This document shows, one piece after another, positions 39,309-49,150 of a DNA stretch of 64,000 nucleotides. The notes beneath the pieces are model-generated. The model was not told the DNA's origin, did not search any database, and saw only the letters and a list, made by a program, of their open reading frames with translations. Within the stretch, counting starts at the first letter, position 1; the number at the start of each line of letters is the position of its first letter. Source of the stretch: Geosiphon pyriformis uo1 (taxonomy: Eukaryota; Fungi; Glomeromycota); contig JAAOMT010000135.1 in the NCBI GenBank assembly GCA_016748015.1, positions 558,001 to 622,000 of the forward strand, read 5' to 3'. A program made the translations under genes and the position numbers.

Positions 39309-40280
39309 TGTTACTGGAGGTTTTTGGTCTCTTCTTAGCTTTTATATGTTTGTTGTAATGCTGTCAATTCATGACTATGGGAAGTGTTTGAACCTTTGAT
39401 AACTGAATTTTTATCTTCAAATTATCTCCTATAATTTGAACTGCTGGGCTTATAAGTAGAATGGCCAATTTTATGCCAGTTGCTTTGTGTAGTTACATTG
39501 TAGTAAACATCAACTCTTTTTCAGGAATTGCTTGTCTGGAAGCTTACTAAAAATGTGTAGTTACTTTGCTGTAAAAGTCAACTTTTCTACAGGAATCTCG
39601 TCTGTAGGCTACTCTAATGATGATAATATGAAAATAAAAGAAAAATAAAAGAAAAGTAAAAAAATTGAATTTTGTTGAGGGAAATGTTTTCTATCTAGGC
39701 CTGGAGTTACTAACAGTTTTACTGAAATTGGTAGCTAATCAATTTCAAAACGTTAGTTGGGTTTTGGGAATTTTCCAAGTACAATAATTAAAGAATTTGG
39801 TTTTTCGAATTATTTGATATTTATTTCTTTTTGTGTATATAGAAATGGTTCTAAGTAATAAATCTAAGGTAAGATACATTTTCTCGAAAAGAAAAGCTCT
39901 TCTTTTATACAACTTGTTGTAACACTATTCTATGAACTTGAGCTTTGCTATTTTCTATAATTTCACTGAACTAAAGTTATATTTTGGCAAACTACAAGTT
40001 ATTTCTGCAAACTATTAGATATTTCGGTGAACTATCAATTATTTTGGCAAATTCCTACAAATTTCAGTAAACTTTTTAAATGTTACATAGTTCGGAGTAT
40101 TGTATGATTGATCATTGCAATTAAGTTACATTTGTGTTATGTACAAATTGGATTATTAATTAAATGATAATTTCGGATATTTTGCTAATGTAATAAGTGA
40201 TAATTTGAAATGCTAATTAATAATAAGAATTATAAAAGTAATTTTATGTTAAGCAATATCTTTAATTTCATCTAGTAATA
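39309..40280 (-). repeat. 3' LTR of Gypsy-3 (~972 bp)
   Basis: Direct repeat of 48180-49150. Confidence 0.96.
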
Positions 40281-40980
40281 TAACCTTCTCCTCAAGACTG
40301 AGTTCCATTAAAGTCCAAGTACTGTCTGTAATTTCCAGATAGTAATCCAAGATTATTGAAGAAATTTGATCTGAAAATTTTTGAAATTCCAGTTCTGTGA
40401 GCTTTCTAATGTATTGAATCTTCAAGGGTTGTAAAATTGGGTTTTGTAGGATGTTTTTACAGGTGTGAAATAGGTCATAAAGTCTAAGAGCAGCTCTTAG
40501 TTTATAATGACTGTTTGTAGATCTAGCTGTTGTCTTAAATTCGTTGTGAAATTGTTTCTGAATAGCTTCTTTTGTGAGGTTTGCTGCTGTAAGCTCTCAT
40601 TTTTGTTCGTGAAGTGTTTTTCCAATGTAGAAGTATCTATATATTGGAGTATAGTTGTAGTTTTCTTCGTTAAGACATAGTTAAAGCTTTTGTTGAATAG
40701 TAGTATTTGGTGGAATACTAATAGGAGTGAGCATTAAGTTTTCTCTTAAAACAAGCTTTAAAAGTTCTAACAGGTGAATTCCAGAATAACTTCTTGTGTT
40801 CTTCTTATATGGATGATATTTTCATGAATTTGGGGCTAAATTTGTAACTGCTTCTGTTTGGGTATAATTAATGTGGTTTTCAGTAATAGTAATAGATAAT
40901 TTGAGTATTGTTTTTAAAACTAACATTAGTTTTTGGAATAATTGTTAAATGTTTTGAGGAATAGTTATTATAAGAGATTT
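40249..40980 (-). pseudogene. Gypsy-3 ORF3 (env-position accessory ORF), single frame with four premature stops
   Basis: Manual translation ..PQNI*QLFQKL..YRYFYIGKTL..LRAALRLYDLFH..IQYIRKLTELEFQKF..LEEKVILLDEIKDIA*; reads through the PPT into the LTR; start not defined. Confidence 0.7.
40281..40293 (-). other. Polypurine tract of Gypsy-3
   Basis: Minus strand GAGGAGAAGGTTA abutting the LTR. Confidence 0.8.
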
Positions 40981-41094
40981 GAAAATAAAAGAAAATTATT
41001 TTTGGTGTATGGGTTTTTATTATTTTTTGCTTTGTTTTTGTGAGATTGTTTCTAAATTATAAGGAGATAACTATAATAATAATAAATTTAAGTT

Positions 41095-42478
41095 AAATGT
41101 TCAAGTTGGGAGGTTGTTCAATAACAACTATTGGTTCTAAATTTCGAGAAATATCTTCAGAATTGATTAAAGGAGAATGTGTACCAATTTGTGAAATTAA
41201 TAGTTCAGAATTGTTTCTAGAATTATAGTGTTTCAAACGATCTCCATGTGCAACTTTTGCTAGGATTTTGTTATCAAGTCTTAGCTTGTATGACTCATTG
41301 TCTAGAACTTCATAGATAAAGAATGGTTTATCTCATTTATTTTCAAATTTCCCACTCCATTGTTTTTCAGCTTTAGTTCTGTGTAAGAGAACTTTGTTCC
41401 CAATTTTAAATTCATTGGTGACTGGTGGCAATTTTTTGTCATGCCGTTCTTTTTGTTAAGCTTGGGAGTGTTCAATATAGGTGACTGCTATTCGTCGTTT
41501 TCCTTCCAGCATGCTAAGCAGAGTGTAGGCTTTTTGTTGAAGTGTTTCCTGAAAATTGTTTTTATCAATTGGTTGTGCTGGGTATGTTTCTACTGTGAAA
41601 CTAATTGGTAATGTTGCTGTCCTTCTGTAAGTTAAATCAAATAGTGTGTGTTTTGTGGTATCTTGTTTTAGTGTCCTATATGCTAGTAACATTGATGAAA
41701 TAAAGATATTCCATTCTTGCTCAAAATCAATTGAGACTTTGGCTAATGATTCACACAGTGTCCTATTAAAACGTTCCACAAGCCCATTTGTTTGTGGATG
41801 GTAGAGCAAAGATAATGGTCTCTTGACATTAAATCATTCACAAATTTTCTGGATTAAATTGTTCACAAAATGTGTTTCTTGATCAGATAAAAGTTCTATT
41901 GGGCATCCATATCTACAAATGATGTCTTCATAGATGAAGTTTGCTACTGATTTCGCATCTGCTCATTGAATGACTCTGGCTTTGAGCCATTTGGTGAGAT
42001 AGTCTACAGCTACTGCAATATAACGGTTTCCTTGGTTTGTGATAGGTAGTGGTCCAACTAAATTGATACCAACTCAGTCAAAAGGCTGTCCAACTTTGAT
42101 TGGATTTAAAGATTCTATAGGGCGTGTTCCTTCTCTTTTTTGACAACTATTACAAAAGTCAACATATTGATGTATGTCTCTTCTTATTTGGGGCCAAAAG
42201 TAGTGTTCTAATGTTCTTTGGGTGGTACTATCTTTTCCTAAATATGCTGATGAAGGGTCCAAGTGCATGTTGTATAAGATAGTTTCCTTTTCATGTTCTT
42301 GTATTAATCGGAGTAGTTTGTCTGAATTTCTGGAGTTTTGATAATAAATGATGTTGTTGTGTAGGAAGTATTGTTTGGTTTGTTGTTGTAACTGATGTTT
42401 TTCATCTGGGGACCAATCTGTTGGGATTGTTAATGTCTCCAAATATTGTTTAAGATTGTTGTAGTTTTTGGGGTTCAT
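41095..42478 (-). pseudogene. pol: Gypsy-3 integrase, disrupted
   Basis: YNMHLDP..YFWP..CNSCQK, VGQPFD, DYLTKW, YHPQTNGLVERFNRTL, KPFFIYEVLDNESYKL. Confidence 0.92.
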
Positions 42479-42539
42479 TGTTTGTCATTTTGTTGCTGTT
42501 ATTTCAAATGGGTGTTAGTTTTGTGTTCTAATCTTGCCT

Positions 42540-43933
42540 CATTCTTGAAAGACAATAAATGTTGATGTGAAGTTTTCCTGATTTATGGTGTACAATATAT
42601 CAGTAGTTGGCTAAAAATCCTGTCCATTGGGTTTGTTTGGCGTTCAGTTGAGTGTTTTTGTTCTGAAGCCATTTGAGTCCAATATTATTAGTGATAATAT
42701 CGAATTTCTTGAGATAAAAGTTGAAATGATGTAGGGCCCAAATTACAGCTGCTGTTTCCAATTCAATGGCAGGGTAATTCTTTTTGGCTGGTTTTAATGT
42801 TCTGCTGACATAAGCAATTACTCACTCATTTCCTTGGTCATCTAATTGTGACAAAATGGCACCAAAAACAGTATAAGAAGCATCGGTGGCTAGTCGAAAC
42901 CAGTTACTGAAGTCTGGGTAGGCAAGAATTGGAGCTGTTGTCAGCTTTTCTTTGAGAATTTCAAAAGCTTTTTGGTGTTCAGTAGTCCATTTGTATTTAA
43001 CGTTTTTGGTGGTGAGCTGGTTAAGGGGTTTTGCAATTTCCAAAAACCTTTTGATAAACTTTTGATAGTAGGATGCTAATTCGATGAATCTTTTTAGTTC
43101 TGTGGTATTTCGAAAAGTTTTGAAATTTTTCCAGAGTCAGGTTTAATTCTATCTTTGCTAACAATGTGACCAAAAAAAGCCAAACTTGTTTTTCCAAAGT
43201 AGCATTTTTTGATATTCAGTTTCAATTCTGCTTTCTGTAATCATTGAAAAACTTCTCACAGGTGTTTTAAGTGTAGTTCAAAAGATGGTGAATAAACATC
43301 AGTATCATTGAGATAGACAACTACTGATTTCCAAAGGAGACTTTTGTAAACAACATCCATGAGTCTTTGGAATGTTGCTGGTGTATTGCATAATCCGAAA
43401 GGCATTACGTTGAACTTGTAGTTTCCTTCTTGAGTGGTGAATGCTGTTTTGGGGCGATCTTTGGGATCCATGACAACTTGCCAATATCCACTCTCTAAAT
43501 CTAATGTCGAGAAGTATTTGGACTTTCCAAGGGCATCTAACATGTTATTGATTCGGGGAAGAGAGTAGGCATCTCCAATGGTGACACTGTTGAGTTGTCG
43601 ATAATCAACACAAAATCATATTTTTCCATTTTTCTTTTTAACTAAGACCACAGATGAAGCCCATGGACTCATTAATAGTTAAATAAGCCCATTGTTAAGC
43701 ATCCATTGCACTTTTTCTCAGATAAATTGGTGACTTTCTGGAGCAACTTGGTAGGCTTGTTGTTGCCTTGGTTTGGCATCTCCTATGTAGATTTGGTGTT
43801 GAACCAAATTGGTTCTTCTTAAGTCATTGTTGTTTTTGGCAAAAATATTGGCAAACTCTGCAATTAGTTTTTTGAGCTGGTTCTGTTGTTGTGGTTCAAG
43901 TTGTCTCATGTTGATTCGAGATAGTTTTTCCAT
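42540..43933 (-). pseudogene. pol: Gypsy-3 reverse transcriptase + RNase H, disrupted
   Basis: CVDYRQLN, LDLESGYWQV, MPFGLCNTPATFQ, VYLND, LATDAS. Confidence 0.93.
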
Positions 43934-44341
43934 GACAACATGGTAGTTTTTAGAGCTGGAGTTTGGGATTTTTGGTAGTGAATGTCCAATAATTTCAGAG
44001 AAATTGGGGACTGTTTGGGGTAATTCTTGTTAAAAGATATTACTGTGAATAATTCCAATTTCTAAGTTATTTAATAAAACTATGGGGAAATTGTTGGAAT
44101 TGTAAAAAGTAACTCGGATTTTCTTTGTTTCTTCTAGAATATAAATGTTTGGAATCAAGATATTATGTTCCAAGCAGATTTGTTTGTTGGACTCAAAAAT
44201 TTGTTATGTGGTTGTTGGCTTTTCACAAGTGTATATTTCAGGGTGTTCTCCAAAGGGTGAAATGATAATTGGTTGTAGAAGTTGTAAAATCTGGTAAAAT
44301 TCTTTCTGTTTGTTGATGGCTATGTTTATTGGAACTGTAAA

Positions 44342-44770
44342 TCATCCAGTTGAACCAAAACCTTGGGTTCCTCTTTTACTTTTTCCCAATAGTTCTTTTT
44401 GATTGACTAATTGTAAACTTGAAATGTTGATTAAGGGTAAATAAATGACTTGGGCAATTTTCTCGGCATGTTCAATCTTAAACAGCTTGTCAGTTTTATT
44501 TTGGAGTATTACTGTTATGTCACCAGTATATCTAGCATCAATTATTCCTTCTCTGACATTGATTTCTTTGCTTGCCAGAGAGGACCAGGAGCCAATTTGA
44601 ACCATTGCTTCTGGTGGGATTTCGAGAGCAATTTTGAGGTTGATTTTTGTGAGAGATTTGGGTTTGAGAATGAGAGTATCCTTGTCTGGATATCTTAGGT
44701 TATATCCAGCATCAATTTCGTGTGCTTTTTCAGGTTTTATTCCTTGTCTATTATTGTTGAAGTATTTGAG
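44342..44770 (-). pseudogene. dut: dUTPase domain in the Gypsy-3 polyprotein
   Basis: All five trimeric dUTPase motifs in order: AGYNL, SWSSLA, GIIDARYTGDI, KIAQVI, RGTQGFGSTG. Confidence 0.93.
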
Positions 44771-44879
44771 TTGTAAGACAGGCTGATTTTTGATAAGATA
44801 GATGGGTGTTGTTTCAATTTCTTCTGTTGCTTCCAGTTCTCCAGATTCAATTTCGTTCTTATCACTTTCCCTGGGCAAG

Positions 44880-45520
44880 GGAATGCTAAGAGTGTAGCAT
44901 TTAGGACACCACTGTTCATCACAAGACATAATGCATTCTTCACATAGCCTAATGTTTATTTGCTCTAATTGTTGAATTTGAGCTTCTTGGGTTGGGTAGG
45001 TGTGACTTGCAATTTGGTGGTAGACTTCTACTTCATCTTTGTAATTGAATCCAGCTAATTCTATAGTGTATTCAATGTATTCTGCTTCCTTCATTTGATG
45101 GACATCTTCTTTGGTAGTTCCATTAATTAATGCTATTGCTAGGTCAAAAATTATCTTAGCATCATGGGAGTAGTGATAAAGTTTGTTGAGAGCACTGTTG
45201 TATGCCGCATTAAAGGGTGTTCCTCTTTTTACTTTTTCTGAAATTGATAAAGCATATTGGCAGGTCTGATCGCAGACTCCTCCTTTCATTGTTACATCAA
45301 TCCAATTGCATTTTTCTGGTAGCATATCTCTACAAGTCAAACAAAGAGTATTGTCTTATTTTCTGCTTCTTTTTATTAGATGGCCCCATTGTTTTCTGTG
45401 GCAAGCCTTGCAGTAATAACAAGTATGATTTTCATATTCTTCTTCAGGTGAAATGCAGGCTCCCATTGATGAGAGTTTCTTGTGGCAATCTTTGCATTTG
45501 AGTAGAATGTAAGGGTGTTG
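44880..45520 (-). pseudogene. Cys-rich (multiple CxxC) domain between protease and dUTPase in Gypsy-3
   Basis: CKDC..CYYCKAC..CLTC..C..CDQTC..CEEC..WCPKC; homologous decayed region at ~10740-11400 in Gypsy-2. Confidence 0.7.
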
Positions 45521-45719
45521 GTTTCGTGGTTCTGGTTTTAAATAGAGAACATTCCATCTGGTTGTCACTGGTTCTTTTGTTTCAAGAGAATCATTTGTTG
45601 AAAAGTACTATTGTTCAGTTTCATCAGCCCAATTGGAGGTTGATCCAAGTGCCATAAATGTTTTAATGATGGGTTTTTTTTCTTTTGGTTCAAATTCAAA
45701 AGCCAGGGCTTTTTCAGAG

Positions 45720-46130
45720 TATTTGTTGAATGTACCACAAGTAGTGGGTACTTGGGCATGTTGTTCTTAATAGGAGAGTTGTAATTCTTGGGTTTCCCAG
45801 TTTAATTTTGCATTGGCTTTTTGAAGCCAATCATTTCTGACAAGGACTTGATACTGGGGCGCGTCTATTACAAGAACTTTAACTAAAATGGTGATTCCAT
45901 CAAGAGTAAATAGAAAATTGTCAATTTCTCCTATGGGTGTTTTTTTCATGCCATCAGCAGTAACAATTACTGTCTGAGCTGGTTGGTCAATATTTTTCTT
46001 TAACTGTTGCATCAATTGGTAGGTGATGATGCTTCCGCGGATCTACTGTCTAGAATCAAGCGAATTGCCATTCCTTTGACTTCTGCTTCAGTGTACATAA
46101 CAGTAATTGCTTTTTGTTCATTGGTGGCTG
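45720..46130 (-). pseudogene. Gypsy-3 aspartic protease, frameshifted
   Basis: MYTEAEVKGMAIRLILDSRSA..ADGMKKTPIGEID..LVRNDWL. Confidence 0.85.
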
Positions 46131-48134
46131 CATTGCTAAACAGGAATGGTGAATCATTTGCTTTGAACTCAAAAGGAAATATATCTGAAAGATTGGCATT
46201 TTCAGCAATTCTGGCTGGTGGAATTGTGGTAGAAGTATAAGAAAGGCTTTGTTGTTGTGCTGCAGCTCTATTTTCCGAGAGTGCAGGATGGTAAAAATTC
46301 TGTTCTTCAGGTATTGTAAGATAGCTAAGTTGAGTATAATAATGGGAGAGTCTTGGCTGAACTGGATTTCGGAGAACTAATTGGTTATTTGGGTTGATTC
46401 TGTTGTTGTTTGTTATGAATTGGTTTTGTGATGCAAATTGGTTTTGTTGAACCAATCTTTGAGCAGGTACTTGGTAATATTGAATGAGTTGTCGATACTG
46501 TTGTTGCATTGGTTGTAGAGCAGGTTGATAGTAGTTGGTTTGATATTGTGGTCTTGGTAGATAGTAAGCTGGTAGTAGTGATAATTGGTAATAAGATTGT
46601 TGTAACAAAGGGTAACGTTAATTACTCTGTTTTGTTGGTCTCATTGTAGCTTTTTGCAATCTCTTTTCCAGTGGCCAGAGATTCCACAGTAATGGCAATT
46701 CTGAGGCTGGTTATTAGAGAATGATATGAAGCTGTTTTGATTTCATCTTTGGGGTGGTTGATATCTTTGGGATTGCTGTTGTTGTTGGTTGGTGAAATAG
46801 TTTTTGACTTTTTTTGTGAGTTGGTCAATTTTCTCTTCAGCTGCTGAACTGGTTTTTCTAATGGCTAAGTTCACGAGTTTTGTATGATTGGCTTCTTCCA
46901 TGGTCATTTCATATCTTTTTGCATGCTGAATGGCAGAGTTTAAATCTTTTGAAGGATGTGGGTGAACTTTTTTAATCAGTTTATCTTTTAAACCAGCGAT
47001 AAATTGATCCAAGACTTGAGCATCAGAATAATAATCATTAGTTTTAAGTTGGCGAATTTGTCTGAAAAGTTTGTTGAATTTCCCAATATATGTCATGACA
47101 GATTCGGAGGTTTCTTGTTTGATATTGCGAAAACAATTTCAAAGTGTGATTGAGGTGTTGTTATCAGTGAATTGTTCTAAGAAGGCAGTTTTGAAAGCTG
47201 TCCAGTTATTAAAAGGGGTGGTCAAGTTTTCAAACTATTTACCTGCTGTTCCTTTGAGAAAGTAGAGAATTGTTCTTAACATTCTGGCAGCATTCCATCC
47301 ATTTGCATCTCCAGCTTTAGTAACTTGGTCAAGCCATTTTTGGGGACTGGTCTCAATGTCTTCTCTATTAAATTCAGAGATTTTTGCAATGTATGCTGTC
47401 ATTTCATCTTCTTTGTTTTCACTGTCTATTGATTTTTTTTCAGATATTTCAGAGTTGTTTTCTTCATTTGCTGCTGTCTCAGAGTGTTCACTTTGATTTT
47501 CAGCTAGAAAGTCAAGGAGATTGGAACTAATTTGAAGGGGTTTTTGTTGTCTGGTAGGACTTCTGGGTGATGTAAAATCTTCTAGTCTTGCAAATCGATT
47601 TAAGAGTGAATTAAGTGTTTGTGCTTGTGCAAGTGAAGCTAGAAAAGATGTGATAGTAAGTAGAAGTTTTGAACTGGTTCCTTGTTTAGGTGTTTGTAAG
47701 TGTTTGGCAGTTGTTTTTGGTAGTATTGGAGTATTTGGAGTGGTTTTTGAGTATTGCTTCAATTTTTGTTTGTCTTTGTTGCTTGTTTCTGTCTCTAATT
47801 CAAAATCAATGGAGTATTGAGACTGCACTGGATATGTTTCTTCACAGTATTTGATAATGTTAAAATTAAGTTCTTGAAAGTAAGTGGCAAGTGTTTCACT
47901 GTTAAGGTCTTCAGTTCTCAACTGTGAATAGTGTACTAAATTATTGTAAAAGTTGCTTCTAACTTCTGAGATATTGTAATTTCCAAAAAGATAATTGTTG
48001 ATGTGGTTTTCAATGTATTAGTATACTGATTTTTTGACAACTTCAATTCCGTCTGGAATGTTGAATCTTTGCTTGCAGTGGATGTAAATTGACTGGTAAT
48101 ACTCTAGAGTTGTTGTGTCTGGTATGGTTGCCAC
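46130..48134 (-). pseudogene. gag: Gypsy-3 gag, disrupted
   Basis: AGDANGWN..FLKGTAG, QVLDQFIAGL, CCHC knuckle (CHYCGISGHWKRDC, ~46655-46700), Q/Y/P-rich tail. Confidence 0.87.
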
Positions 48135-48160
48135 TTTGAAGTTGTTTTTGCTGTGTTGTT

Positions 48161-48177
48161 TCCATAGGAGAGCACCA
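48161..48177 (-). other. Primer-binding site of Gypsy-3
   Basis: Minus strand TGGTGCTCTCCTATGGA, 2 nt after the 5' LTR end. Confidence 0.8.
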
Positions 48178-48179
48178 AA

Positions 48180-49150
48180 TGTTACTGGAGGTTTTTGGTC
48201 TCTTCTTAGCTTTTGTATGTTTGTTGTAATGCTGTCAATTCATGACTATGGGAAGTGTTTGAACCTCTGATAACTGAATTTTTATCTTCAAATTATCTCC
48301 TATAATTTGAACTGCTGGACTTATAAGTGAAATGGCCAATTCTGTGCCAGTTACTTGTATAGTTACATTGTAGTAAATGTCAACTTTTTCTCATAAATTG
48401 CTTGTCTGGAAGCTCACTAAAAATGTGTAGTTACTTTGCTGTAAAAGTCAACTCTTCTACAGGAATCTTGTCTGTAGGCTACCTTAATAATAATAATAAA
48501 AAAATGAAAGAAAAGTAAAAGAAAAGTAAAGAAATTGAATTCTGTTGAGTGAAATGTTTTCTATCCAGGCCTAGAGTCACTAACAGTTTTACTGAAATTG
48601 GTTGCTAATCAATTTCAAAACATTAGTTGGGTTTTGGGGATTTTCCAAGTGCAATAATTAAAGAATTTGGTTTTTCGAATTATTTGATATTTATTTCTTT
48701 TTGTGTATATAGAAATGGTTCTAAGTAATAAATCTAAGGTAAGATATATTTTCTCGAAGAGAGAAGCTCTTTTTTTATACAATTTGTTGTAACACTATTC
48801 TATGAACTTGAGCTTTGCTATTTTTTATAATTTCACTGAACTAAAGTTATATTTCGGCAAACTACAAATTATTTCTGCAAACTATTAGATATTTTGGTGA
48901 ACTATCAATTATTTTGGCGAATTCCTACAAATTACAGCAAACTTTTTGAATATTACATAGTTCAGGGTATTGCATGATTGATCATTGCAATTAAGTTACA
49001 TTTGTGTTATGTACAAATTGGGTTATTAATTAAATGATAATTTCGGATATTTTGCTAATGTAATAAGTGATAATTTGAAATGCTAATTAATGATAAAAAT
49101 TATAAAGATAATTTTATACTAAGCAATATCTCTAATTTTGTCTGGTAACA
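48180..49150 (-). repeat. 5' LTR of Gypsy-3 (~971 bp), with ~20-bp repeats ATTTCGGCGAACTA at ~48850-48945
   Basis: Direct repeat of 39309-40280; TG..CA ends. Confidence 0.96.

Larger units (their letters stand above)
39309..49150 (-). mobile_element. Full-length Ty3/Gypsy LTR retrotransposon (Gypsy-3, 9.84 kb) with dUTPase and ORF3
   Basis: LTRs 39309-40280 and 48180-49150, TG...CA ends, 4-bp TSD ACAT/ACGT, PBS, PPT; gag-PR-Cys-rich-dUTPase-RT-RH-INT-ORF3. Confidence 0.97.
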
